Shown here: piece after piece, positions 16,918-25,561 of the stretch
Layout: the number at the start of each line of letters is the position of its first letter
How positions within the stretch are numbered: position 1 is the first letter of the stretch
NCBI GenBank assembly: GCA_964506465.1
Contig: CAZDLM010000028.1
Span: 1 to 32,000 of the forward strand
Source: an uncultured Syntrophaceae bacterium
GTDB lineage: Bacteria; Desulfobacterota; Syntrophia; Syntrophales; UBA6109
DNA length: 32,000 bases
Reading direction: 5' to 3'
Program-made: the position numbers and the translations under genes
The notes under the pieces: generated by a model
The model's input: only the letters and a program-made list of their open reading frames with translations
Told to the model about the DNA's origin: nothing
The model's database searches: none

Positions 16918-18345
16918 TCAGCCCTTCGGTTCAAACTGGCGCTTGGCGGACCAGAACGATGGCAGATGCCGGATCAGATAGGCGATGCTTTTCCGATGCT
17001 GCCAAAGACGGCTGCGGAACCTTTTCCGCCACCGGGGGTCGGAATAGAAACGCTTCACATGCTCGTTGTACAGAAAGTCCAGCCTTTCTTTGGATGAAAT
17101 GTCCTTCGAGACAAAAACAAAATTCAGGCAATTCATCAACGGCCAGTCTTCCTGAAACGTCCCTTCATCCCGGATCGTCGACCAGAGCGGCGCCCCGGGG
17201 AAAGGGGTGAACTTGGACATGTTCATGTCGTCGAGCCCAAGCGAAATGATGAAATCCGATGTTGTCCGGATCGACGCTTCCGTTTCGCCGGGCAGGCCCA
17301 TCATGAACAGACCCTTCGCCCGCAGACCCGCGGCCTGAATGCGCCGCACCGTGTCGCAAACCTCGTCCAGCGAGACGCCCGATTTATGCCTGGCCAGCAT
17401 CTGCGAATCCGCCGATTCGATGCCCAGAGAGACCATGAGACACCCGGCCTCCTTGAGCATCCGAAGCAGGTCATCGTCCGCATAACCCACCCGGACGGCG
17501 CAGTTGAAATGGATCCCCAGGGGATGCCGTGCGAGTCCTTCGCAGAGCTCGACGATGCGGCGGCGATCCGCCGTGAAGAGGTCGTCGTAAATGTTGATGT
17601 GCCGCACGCCGAACCGCGTCCGCAGGTGTTTCATGTGCTCATAGATGTAGGGAGCCGAGTTGCAGCGGAATCCCCTCCTGAAGACGGACCGGTCGCAATA
17701 GGAGCATTGAAACATGCAGCCCCGCGACGTGATCATGGTCGCCCCGGGGGTATGGACGTAGCTGAACAAAGGCAGGTGGTAATCCCGCGGGAAGCCCTGA
17801 AGCTTTTCATAGGCGGGGAACGGAAGCGAGTCCAGGTCGACGATCTGCGGACGGGGCGGATTGGTGATCGGCGCGGAATCGCGCCGCCGGATCAACCCCC
17901 TGATGTCCGCGGGATCCGCGCCGCCGGCAAGCTCCGCCATGGTGAGCTCACCCTCTCCGGCGCACAGAAAATCAAAGGCGGGGTACCCCTGCATCAGGCT
18001 ATCCTGCAATGCGGAAACGTGCACGCCTCCGCAGATGGTCCTGACCCGTGCCGCCCGTTTCTTGATTTCCTGCGCCATCTGCGCGGCATCGAGAAAAGAA
18101 GACGTCGTGGCCGAAAATCCGACCATGTCCGGCCCATATCCCAGAATCACCCGAACCTGCGCATCGACGTCGGCGGGGACGCCCGGGCCCAGGCAGTCGT
18201 AGACGAAGACCTCGTGCCCCTGCTGCAACAGGTACGCGGCGATCGAAAGGATCCCCTGGGGAACCATGCGATTAGCGACATCGGTGATGTCGCGCCGGCC
18301 GGGGAACCAGTTGAATCCCCGCGGATGAACCAGGACAATGCGCAT
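16918..18345 (-). CDS. B12-binding-domain radical SAM enzyme (class B type)
   Basis: 475 aa. N-terminal domain MRIVLVHPRG..., DMVGFSATT, ICGGVH. CxxxCxxC in SRGCMFQCSYCD. Confidence 0.85.
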   Translation of the reverse strand: MRIVLVHPRGFNWFPGRRDITDVANRMVPQGILSIAAYLLQQGHEVFVYDCLGPGVPADVDAQVRVILGYGPDMVGFSATTSSFLDAAQMAQEIKKRAARVRTICGGVHVSALQDSLMQGYPAFDFLCAGEGELTMAELAGGADPADIRGLIRRRDSAPITNPPRPQIVDLDSLPFPAYEKLQGFPRDYHLPLFSYVHTPGATMITSRGCMFQCSYCDRSVFRRGFRCNSAPYIYEHMKHLRTRFGVRHINIYDDLFTADRRRIVELCEGLARHPLGIHFNCAVRVGYADDDLLRMLKEAGCLMVSLGIESADSQMLARHKSGVSLDEVCDTVRRIQAAGLRAKGLFMMGLPGETEASIRTTSDFIISLGLDDMNMSKFTPFPGAPLWSTIRDEGTFQEDWPLMNCLNFVFVSKDISSKERLDFLYNEHVKRFYSDPRWRKRFRSRLWQHRKSIAYLIRHLPSFWSAKRQFEPKG

Positions 18346-18396
18346 GAGCCTTTCCGCCTTCCGTCGGGCGCCGCTGCGGCACTCAACATCCTGATC

Positions 18397-18972
18397 TTAC
18401 GGCCGACGCTGCGCCTCCACCAGGGAGCGAATATTCTCCCTGTGGCTGAATACAATCAGCAGGACCGTCAGCGTAGTTCCCGCGAGGGGAACCGCGTGAG
18501 CGCCGCCCGCGGCGATGGTCACGGCCCCGAGGGTCGCAATCATGCAGAAGGAGGCGATGAAGGGAATGTGCACGACCTGCTGGACCGCGACCCAAAGGAT
18601 GCAGGAAGCAGCCGCCCCCCAGGGCGACAGCGCAAGGGTGAAGCCCAGATAGCCGGCAACGCCCTTGCCGCCCCGGAACCGGTGAAAGCAGGGGAAACGG
18701 TTCCCGGCGACCAGGGCGAGACCGACCCACGGGATCAGGTCGTCCCGGAGAAGGACCGCCGCCAGCAGCGCCAGGCAGGCGGCCCGTCCCACGTCGAGGA
18801 CGAGTACGACGGCCGCCCATCCCTTCCCGGCCTGACGGTAGACGTTGGTGGTCCCCGCATTCCCGCTGAATGTCGTCCGCGGATCCCCCTTGCCCAGAAG
18901 CCCGAGGAGAAGAATGGCAAAATTGACCGACGCCGCGAGATAGGTCAAGAAGAGAATACCGGTAAACCGCAT
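18397..18972 (-). CDS. plsY: PlsY-family glycerol-3-phosphate acyltransferase (divergent, cluster-embedded)
   Basis: 191 aa polytopic membrane protein with PlsY motifs FSGNAGTTNVYR, FPCFHRFRGGKGVA and SHRENIRSL. Confidence 0.8.
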   Translation of the reverse strand: MRFTGILFLTYLAASVNFAILLLGLLGKGDPRTTFSGNAGTTNVYRQAGKGWAAVVLVLDVGRAACLALLAAVLLRDDLIPWVGLALVAGNRFPCFHRFRGGKGVAGYLGFTLALSPWGAAASCILWVAVQQVVHIPFIASFCMIATLGAVTIAAGGAHAVPLAGTTLTVLLIVFSHRENIRSLVEAQRRP

Positions 18973-18976
18973 CCGT

Positions 18977-19840
18977 CTAAGTCTCCCGAGGCTTTCTCAC
19001 CCAGGCGGGGGGCGTCCGCCTCCCGCCGGAGATGTCCCGCATCTCGAGCCCCTGGATGATCTCCGCGTCCCCGCCGTCGCGATCCCGGAGCCATACGTTG
19101 AAACGCAGCACCGGGGCCTCTCCCGGCAGAGGGACGATGCGGCAGTCATAGGTTCCGCCGGCCCGGGTCGGGGCGAGGATCCTTCTTCGCCTGAAGCCCA
19201 CGGGGAAGGCGACCGTGTTCCTGTACCGCTGCGCCCAGGCGCAGGCGATATGAAAGGCCGCATCGGCGGGGAACGGGGACCCCAACGGCCCGGCCGGCTC
19301 GGGCGCTTCCCCCCCGGAGACCTCGGCCCAGGCCGCGGTTTCCGTCAGGCTGACGTCGCCCGCCACGTTCTGATAGGCCGGTCCGAAGGGAACCAATTCC
19401 TCGTAGAGAAGGCGGCACGGCAGCGTGAAGACCGGCTCCGTCCCGGCCGCGGACGGCGTCTCCATCCGGTCCGTCTCTTCCCCGGCGGGCAGAAAGAAGA
19501 CCGACGCATGCTCGACCCGGCGCGTCCATTTCGCCTGCCGTCCCGAGCGGACGGTCAGCAGCCTGGAAATGCAGCTTCCGTCCGCGAAACGCGAAATCTC
19601 ATGGACGGCCGGGATCTCGCGCAGGCCCGGTTCGACGATCAGAAGGTGGCTGAACGCGCCCGCTTCCTGCCGGTGAGGATCGGCGGAAACGGACGCGGGC
19701 AGCGTGGCGGCCAGGACCTGCAGGGCCTCTACGGCGGGAAGAACCACGCGGCCGGAAACGCGGTGGTCGTGCAGATACGCGGGCACGGGCACCGCCACGG
19801 GAACGTCTATCGTTTCGACGGGCTGGGAAAGGTTTTCCAT
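18977..19840 (-). CDS. Free-standing PKS-type (double-hotdog) dehydratase
   Basis: 287 aa from ATG 19840 (MENLSQPVE...). HxxxGxxxxP in LHDHRVSGRVVLPAVEAL and DxxxH in PADAAFHIA. The track ORF extends to 20221 across the thioesterase gene. Confidence 0.75.
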   Translation of the reverse strand: MENLSQPVETIDVPVAVPVPAYLHDHRVSGRVVLPAVEALQVLAATLPASVSADPHRQEAGAFSHLLIVEPGLREIPAVHEISRFADGSCISRLLTVRSGRQAKWTRRVEHASVFFLPAGEETDRMETPSAAGTEPVFTLPCRLLYEELVPFGPAYQNVAGDVSLTETAAWAEVSGGEAPEPAGPLGSPFPADAAFHIACAWAQRYRNTVAFPVGFRRRRILAPTRAGGTYDCRIVPLPGEAPVLRFNVWLRDRDGGDAEIIQGLEMRDISGGRRTPPAWVRKPRET

Positions 19841-20298
19841 AACTGAACGGTCTTGGGATCGACGGCCACGGGAATCCCCCTGGAATTGAGGGCGCAATGC
19901 CGGGTGTAGCCCCGGCAGACATCGGCCCCCGTCTCCGCGTGGGTGATGACGTAATCGAACTGGAGACGGACACGCTGGAGCTCCGCCGGCCGCGTGTGGA
20001 TCCACATGGGATCGTCGTAGTGCAGCGGCTGGTGGAACTGGATCGCCAGGTCGATGATGGGGTAGACGTAGCCGCTGTCCTCGATCTCCCGATAGGGGTA
20101 GGCGGCGTCGCGCATCAGCGACGTCCGGCCGAATTCGAAATACCGCAGATAATTGGCGTGATACACGACGGTGGAGCGGTCCGTATCGGCGTAAAGGGTC
20201 CTCATCCTGCACCGGTGCCATATCAGTCCCGTCGCAGCTTCACGGACGTAACGATCGTCCTCTCCCTGAGGTTCGGTCCGAAACGGCCTGGGCTTCAT
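19807..20298 (-). CDS. 4HBT/YbgC-type acyl thioesterase
   Basis: 163 aa from ATG 20298 (ATGA overlap with the KS stop). Active-site segment YADTDRSTVVYHANYLRYFE. The 3' end overlaps the DH start by 34 nt. Confidence 0.8.
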   Translation of the reverse strand: MKPRPFRTEPQGEDDRYVREAATGLIWHRCRMRTLYADTDRSTVVYHANYLRYFEFGRTSLMRDAAYPYREIEDSGYVYPIIDLAIQFHQPLHYDDPMWIHTRPAELQRVRLQFDYVITHAETGADVCRGYTRHCALNSRGIPVAVDPKTVQLWKTFPSPSKR

Positions 20299-21566
20299 GG
20301 CGCCACCCCCCGGAATATGATGCAGCAGTTTGTGCCGCCGAAGCCGAAGGCGTTCGACAGGGCCATCTCGCATCGGTGCGGACGGGCCGTGTTCGGCACG
20401 CAGTCGATGTCTGCAAAATGCGGATCGGGGATATGGTTGATCGTGGGCAGGATCACCCCCCGCTGCATGCCCTCGATCGTGAGGGCGTCTTCGATGGCCG
20501 CCGCCGCCCCGAGGGTATGGCCGATCTGGGACTTGTTCGAGGACAGGGGGATCTTCTCCAGGGACCGGCCGAAGACCGTCCGGAGGCACTCGACCTCGAC
20601 GAGGTCTCCTTTCGGCGTGGAGGTGCCGTGGGCGTTGATGTACTGGATGTCCGAAGGCTGCAGGGCCGCGTCGTGGAGCGCCTCCCGGATGCCCCGGATG
20701 ATCGTTTCGGGATTGGGCTTGGTGAAATGGTAGGCATCGGAGGTCCAGCCGACCCCCATCACCTCCGCCCGCGCCTGAAGGCCGTACCGCGCCAGCATCT
20801 CCTCGGCGGCGAGGACGACGACGCCGGCCCCTTCGGAAACGACGAAACCACGCCGATCCACGCTGAAAGGCCGCGAGGCCTGCCCGGGATTCTCGTACGC
20901 CCGGTCTCCGGGGACCACCTTGACGGTGGCGTTCATATTGGCGAAGCCGTGGATGATCTCCGGAAGGATCGGGGTATCTACCCCGCCGGCCAGGACGAAA
21001 TCGCAGTCCCCGTCACGGATCATGCGGGACCCGATGCCGATCGCGTGGTTCCCCGAGGCGCAGGCCCCCTGGGGAGAAAAGACGGGTCCCGTGAAACCGA
21101 GCAGCATCCCCGCCTTTCCCGAAGGAAGATTGGCGCAGAGATTGGGCAGGAGGTAGGGGCTGATCTTCAGGGCGCCCTTTTCCTGGAAACGGAGCATGGC
21201 GGTCCGGAAGGAATCCACGCCATTGATCGCCGAACCGATGAGGCAGGCCGTCCGGGGACCGGTTTCCCCGTCCATCGGCAGACGGGCGTTCGCCAGGGCT
21301 TCGCGGCAGACGGCCATGGTGAGGATGACGAAAGCGGCGTCCCAGTTGTACACTTCCTTGGCATCGACGAACTCGAGCGCCAGAGGGTCCCAGTCCGGGA
21401 TCTCCCCAACCACGTTGCAGGGCGAATCGACCTGGCAGCGGGTGACTTTCCGGAAACCGGCCTCGCCGCGGACGGCCCTTTCCCACGTCTCGGGAAATGT
21501 CCGCCCCAGCGGGGTGGCCGCTCCGTAACCGATGACGAAAACGCGTCTGTTCTGTGGCGCCCTCAT
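20295..21566 (-). CDS. Beta-ketoacyl-ACP synthase (KS, intact Cys-His-His)
   Basis: 423 aa from ATG 21566 (MRAPQNRRVFVIGYGAATPLG). PQGACASGNHAIG (Cys), NAHGTSTPKGD (His), SQIGHTLGAAA (His). The 39 upstream in-frame codons in the track have visibly lower third-position GC and are judged non-coding. Confidence 0.85.
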   Translation of the reverse strand: MRAPQNRRVFVIGYGAATPLGRTFPETWERAVRGEAGFRKVTRCQVDSPCNVVGEIPDWDPLALEFVDAKEVYNWDAAFVILTMAVCREALANARLPMDGETGPRTACLIGSAINGVDSFRTAMLRFQEKGALKISPYLLPNLCANLPSGKAGMLLGFTGPVFSPQGACASGNHAIGIGSRMIRDGDCDFVLAGGVDTPILPEIIHGFANMNATVKVVPGDRAYENPGQASRPFSVDRRGFVVSEGAGVVVLAAEEMLARYGLQARAEVMGVGWTSDAYHFTKPNPETIIRGIREALHDAALQPSDIQYINAHGTSTPKGDLVEVECLRTVFGRSLEKIPLSSNKSQIGHTLGAAAAIEDALTIEGMQRGVILPTINHIPDPHFADIDCVPNTARPHRCEMALSNAFGFGGTNCCIIFRGVAP

Positions 21567-21721
21567 GCCGGAATCAACCCATCCTTCACGATGCTGAAAT
21601 ACCGGTCTCCCGACGACGGGAAAACCGCAAAAACCCTCGCCCTGACCGGTGCCGGAATCTTTCCAAAGGTGGGAAATCGTCACCGGGACGCGTGCAGGGA
21701 AGGATTGTCAGGGTCCTCATA

Positions 21722-22975
21722 TCAGGCAACACGGCGAAACACAAGGCAGGCGTTGCAGCCCCCGAAACCGAAGGCATTCTTCAGGACATGCTCCTGCGTC
21801 AGGCGCCGGGCGCCTTCGGCGACGCAGTCAAGATCGATCGCCGGATCGCGCCGGTAGTTGATCGTGGGCAGCAGAACGCCCCGCCGCATCCCTTCCAGGG
21901 TCAGGATCGATTCCACGGCGCTCGTGGCCCCCATGGCATGTCCCAACTGCGACTTGTTGGCCGAGACGGGAGGGATCCTTTCTCCGAAGATCTCCCGGAG
22001 GGCCTCGGCCTCGACCTGATCGCCCACCTTGGTCGAGGCGGCGTGGGCATTGATTGCATCGATGTCCGCCGGTGCAATGCCGGCGTGGACGATGCTTTGG
22101 GCCATGCAGCGCGTCACCGTAACGGGATTGGGGGCTACCACGTGACAGGCGTCGGCGTTCATCGCCCAGCCGGCCAGCTCAGCGTCGAAGGCAAGACCGT
22201 GGGCCGCGGCAAAGGCCCGTGAAGCGATCACGATGCAGCCCGCCCCCTCGGAAACGACGAATCCACGGCGCCCGAGAGAAAAGGGCCGGCTCGCCACGCC
22301 GGGCGGCAGGGGCGCTTCCCCCTCCTTGGGGCGGTAGGCGCCGTTCATCGTGGCAAAACCCGCCACGATCGGCTCGATCAGGGGAAAGTCCGCGGCGCCG
22401 CAGATGGCCACGTCGGCCATCCCCTGGGCGATGAACATCGCCCCCAGGATCAGCGAACTGCTCCCCGTGGCGCAGGCGGTGACCACCGAGGCAATGGGCC
22501 CGGTCGCCCCGGTCAGGATGGCCACCTTGCCTCCCACCATGTTGATGCAGGAATTGGGATTCATGAAGGGCTGCGGCAGCTTCCCGGCCGCCGTCCAGCT
22601 CCGGTCCGCCGCGATGAGCGCATCCAGCCCGCCGATGGCGGAGCTGAAGGTGACGGCGACCCGCGGGGCCAGGTCCGGCGTGATCTCCAAGCCGGCCTTC
22701 TTCAGCGCCCTGTGGACGACGAGCAGGGCGTGCGGGAAAATCGGGGAGGTCCAGTGGGCCATCTCGCGGGGTTGCAGAAACGGATAGGGGGCGACGTCGA
22801 TGGGGTCGACCTGGCCGGCGATCCGGACGGGAAAGCCTTCTTTCAGGGGGAAGCGGGTCAGGCCCGATACGCCGCTTTCGCCCGCGGCGGCCCGGCCCCA
22901 CTGATCTTCCAGCTCGGCGCCGAGGGGCGAGACGGCATCATATCCCAGGATCACGGGTCGAGTGTCGTTCATCAT
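21722..22975 (-). CDS. Beta-ketoacyl-ACP synthase (KS, intact Cys-His-His)
   Basis: 417 aa with VVTACATGSSSLILG (Cys), NAHAASTKVGD (His) and SQLGHAMGATS (His). Confidence 0.9.
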   Translation of the reverse strand: MMNDTRPVILGYDAVSPLGAELEDQWGRAAAGESGVSGLTRFPLKEGFPVRIAGQVDPIDVAPYPFLQPREMAHWTSPIFPHALLVVHRALKKAGLEITPDLAPRVAVTFSSAIGGLDALIAADRSWTAAGKLPQPFMNPNSCINMVGGKVAILTGATGPIASVVTACATGSSSLILGAMFIAQGMADVAICGAADFPLIEPIVAGFATMNGAYRPKEGEAPLPPGVASRPFSLGRRGFVVSEGAGCIVIASRAFAAAHGLAFDAELAGWAMNADACHVVAPNPVTVTRCMAQSIVHAGIAPADIDAINAHAASTKVGDQVEAEALREIFGERIPPVSANKSQLGHAMGATSAVESILTLEGMRRGVLLPTINYRRDPAIDLDCVAEGARRLTQEHVLKNAFGFGGCNACLVFRRVA

Positions 22976-23006
22976 CTCCTCGCAGGGTCCGGCAGGGGCA
23001 CGCCTC

Positions 23007-24005
23007 TCACCAAGGGATGAACTTGTAGAGCTTGGCGAACATCTCGTACACTTCGATCCAGTTCTGGAGGTCCTTCGTGGAGCGCAGGTGGTCCCTCTTG
23101 TTGACCATGACCCAGCTCATGTGGGCGGCACCGTCCTTACAAGTCCGGCAGTCCCGTGTCGCCGAAGTGCAGCAGCGGTGCATCGTCTCGAGGTCCGCCG
23201 CCCAGCGGATAAAGCGGATGAGGCGCTTCGGACGGGGATTGCGGTTGTCGAGGGGCTCCGTCACGGAGGGGCATTCCTCCCACCCGAAAGACCGCCCCAG
23301 CATCCGTCCGGTGGTGATGACTTCATGGTAGTACCGGCAGGAAACCACCGTCCGCGGGTAGCGATCGAGCATGGCGTCCATCTCGGCGCGGACATCGGCG
23401 AGCTGCGAGGGGCTCCAGGAGAACCCGTCGACGCCTTCATCATTGGAGAGCAGTTGCATGTGGACCTTCAGGCCCACGGCGTCGATCCTGCCGATCACCC
23501 GCTCCAGCCGCCCCAACTGCCGGGGGGTGATGGTGTACAGATAGTAGGTGAAGGGGTCGCCTTCATAATTGCGGCTGGACACGGCAAAGGTGTCCCTCCC
23601 CCGCAGGAGCTTTTCGTCCTCTTCGTCCCCCCACAGGGAGATCCCCACCATCATGTCGGGAAATCTATCGCGCGGCACCTTGATCAGCCCGTTGGTGGCA
23701 CAGTAGGTGGAAAGGCGCCGGTAGAAGGCCTCGACGCGGTCGAAATGGAGGGTCGGCTCGCCCCCGATGAGAATGGCCAGATTGACCCCCCGGGCCTGTT
23801 CCTTTTCCACAAAAGCGTTCCAGCGGGCGGCGTCCATTTCCTCCCGCGCCGCCTTGTGCTCATCGGACGAGAAGAAGAAGCACCCCTTGCAGCGGAGGTT
23901 GCAGCAGTTCGTCACGTCGTAGATGGAGCTGCGCATGTTCAGGCGCGAAATCGCCTTGTAACGCTCGTACCAAGCGGGATCCAGGAGTGAACTGACGGTC
24001 TGCAT
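23007..24005 (-). CDS. Radical SAM enzyme with C-terminal Cys cluster (paralogue B)
   Basis: 332 aa from ATG 24005 (SD AGAGAGGAA; alternative ATG 24029). CxxxCxxC in YDVTNCCNLRCKGCFFF and C-terminal CCTSATRDCRTC. Confidence 0.8.
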   Translation of the reverse strand: MQTVSSLLDPAWYERYKAISRLNMRSSIYDVTNCCNLRCKGCFFFSSDEHKAAREEMDAARWNAFVEKEQARGVNLAILIGGEPTLHFDRVEAFYRRLSTYCATNGLIKVPRDRFPDMMVGISLWGDEEDEKLLRGRDTFAVSSRNYEGDPFTYYLYTITPRQLGRLERVIGRIDAVGLKVHMQLLSNDEGVDGFSWSPSQLADVRAEMDAMLDRYPRTVVSCRYYHEVITTGRMLGRSFGWEECPSVTEPLDNRNPRPKRLIRFIRWAADLETMHRCCTSATRDCRTCKDGAAHMSWVMVNKRDHLRSTKDLQNWIEVYEMFAKLYKFIPW

Positions 24006-24007
24006 CG

Positions 24008-25168
24008 TTACGGATTCCTCTCTTTGCATCCCGGCGGAGCCACCATCTCTGCGCAGAGATTCTCCCCCTTGTCATATCCCATGACCCAGACGGCCAGATA
24101 GGTATCGACATAGTCCAGCCAGGACTTGAAGGAGGGCGGATCCGCCACGTGGCGATACAGCCGGGCGGTCACCACGGCGCTTCCCGCCGCGTAATGCCGG
24201 CAGTCGGCGCAATCGGTGTCCGGCACGCAGCAGGCCGCTTCCCGGTCCCAGGTGAGGTCCGTCCTGAACTGGCGGAAGGAGCGTCCCAGACCGATCGCCG
24301 TAGAGGCGTTTCTCCGGGGATAGGAACAGTCGTAGAGGTCGTGCAGGCCCTTCTCCTGCGTATGGGCGACGACGTTGTAGGGAGAAAAGAGGACGTGCCG
24401 GGGATAGCGGGACATCATCTCCAGCATGACCTCCCGTGTCCGGACCAGGGAGGCCGCGTCGTGGCGCAGGCCCCCTGCGTAGCCCACGGGCGCAGAGAAG
24501 ACATTGAAGGTGACGCGGCAGTCCGCCGCGGCCAGGAGGCCCATGACTTCCGCCGCCTCATCGATGTTTTCCCGCGTAAAGGTATAGACGAAGACGGCCC
24601 GCGGATCGCCGCGGTAGTTGTCGACCTGCCGGCGAAGCAACTCCCGGGCCTTGCGCACGCGCCGGCTGGTTTCGTCGTTTCCCCAGACGGAGATGTGAAT
24701 CCGGTAACCGACCGCCGGATCGATGCGGCGAAACCCGTTCGTCGCGATGCAGCCCAGCGGCATCTCCGCGAAGCAGACATCGAGAAGATCGGGAACGAGC
24801 GAGGGTTCAGCCCCCGCCAGGACGACATACGTGATGCCGCGGCTGCGTTCCCGCCGCAATAGCTCGCGCCAGGCCTGAGGATCGCCGTTTTCCCGCGCAA
24901 ATTGTTTGTCGCCCTCGTAATAATAACAGCCGTCGCAACGGAGGTTGCAGCGGTTCGTCATGTCATAGGTGGACTCTCTCAGGAAGAAGTACTGCCGAAC
25001 CCGCTCCCAGCGGGCTTTGACGGCCGGCTCCGACAACAGCTCGGAAAACTTCCACCGCCGCGACGGCGAATCTTCCGGCACGGGCCCGCGCCTCAAGGCG
25101 GCCTCGTCGTACCCTGCCGTTCGCTCTCCGGTTTCCTGATTCAGCATCGCTTCGGCCTTCTGCGTCAT
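24008..25168 (-). CDS. Radical SAM enzyme with C-terminal Cys cluster (paralogue A)
   Basis: 386 aa. CxxxCxxC in YDMTNRCNLRCDGCYYY and C-terminal CCVPDTDCADC. Confidence 0.85.
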   Translation of the reverse strand: MTQKAEAMLNQETGERTAGYDEAALRRGPVPEDSPSRRWKFSELLSEPAVKARWERVRQYFFLRESTYDMTNRCNLRCDGCYYYEGDKQFARENGDPQAWRELLRRERSRGITYVVLAGAEPSLVPDLLDVCFAEMPLGCIATNGFRRIDPAVGYRIHISVWGNDETSRRVRKARELLRRQVDNYRGDPRAVFVYTFTRENIDEAAEVMGLLAAADCRVTFNVFSAPVGYAGGLRHDAASLVRTREVMLEMMSRYPRHVLFSPYNVVAHTQEKGLHDLYDCSYPRRNASTAIGLGRSFRQFRTDLTWDREAACCVPDTDCADCRHYAAGSAVVTARLYRHVADPPSFKSWLDYVDTYLAVWVMGYDKGENLCAEMVAPPGCKERNP

Positions 25169-25223
25169 CCGGTTTCCGCCCCCGGATATCCTGTCGTTCG
25201 CCGCTTCGCCTCTCCGGGCCGCT

Positions 25224-25505
25224 TCACGGTTTCCTGCCGGAAGCCGCCTGTTTGGAACACAGATACTTGGCGATCAGCCGGACGGTCCTCAGGGTCGGAT
25301 AGTCGTCCTCATCGATTGCGACGCCGTATTCATCCTGAAGAACCAGGGCGACCGTTGCCAGATCCATACTGTCCACGCCGAGTTCGTCCACCAGATCCAT
25401 ATCGGGATCGAAGGTCTCCGGCGTGATGTCCTGCAGTTTCAACTCCCCGATGACGATCTCGGCGATCCGGAGGATCTGTTCGCGGTCTTCATTGCACTCC
25501 GGCAT
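25224..25505 (-). CDS. Acyl carrier protein (cluster ACP 1)
   Basis: 93 aa with the Ser motif in ELGVDSMDLATVAL. GGAGG SD 7 nt upstream of the ATG. Confidence 0.85.
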   Translation of the reverse strand: MPECNEDREQILRIAEIVIGELKLQDITPETFDPDMDLVDELGVDSMDLATVALVLQDEYGVAIDEDDYPTLRTVRLIAKYLCSKQAASGRKP

Positions 25506-25561
25506 GTGTCAACCTCCAAAATTTCAAGGATTTTCCTTTCACAAATAAAAACGTTCTTTTC

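Noticed and set aside
17386-19059. 557-aa plus-strand ORF
   Set aside because: It lies antisense to the B12-rSAM and PlsY genes and is a low-complexity Arg/Gly/Pro/Asp-rich sequence.
5270-21683. Upstream in-frame extensions of real genes in the ORF track: 5270-5644, 6994-7371, 12270-12692, 14099-14515, 19841-20221, 20299-20589, 21567-21683
   Set aside because: The extensions overlap the preceding well-supported genes or, for 21567-21683, have low third-position GC. They are Arg/Gly-rich, and internal ATGs with SD sequences or ATGA/TGATG coupling give proteins of canonical length.
21646-21686. Nested inverted repeats (CCGGTG...CACCGG with inner TTTCC...GGAAA) in the 155-nt KS-KS spacer
   Set aside because: The stems are only 5-6 bp with large asymmetric internal loops, which is expected by chance in GC-rich DNA. 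There is no U-tract or other sign of function.
20376-23990. Plus-strand ORFs 20376..21857 (493 aa), 21554..22222 (222 aa) and 22962..23990 (342 aa)
   Set aside because: They lie antisense to two KS genes and a radical SAM gene that all carry diagnostic motifs.
23007-25505. Idea that the radical SAM pair plus adjacent small ORF is a RiPP maturation system
   Set aside because: The adjacent small protein is a canonical ACP (GVDSMDL Ser motif, acidic helices). No Cys/Gly/Ser-rich precursor-like peptide or RiPP recognition, protease or transporter genes were seen, and the context is KS/DH/ACP.
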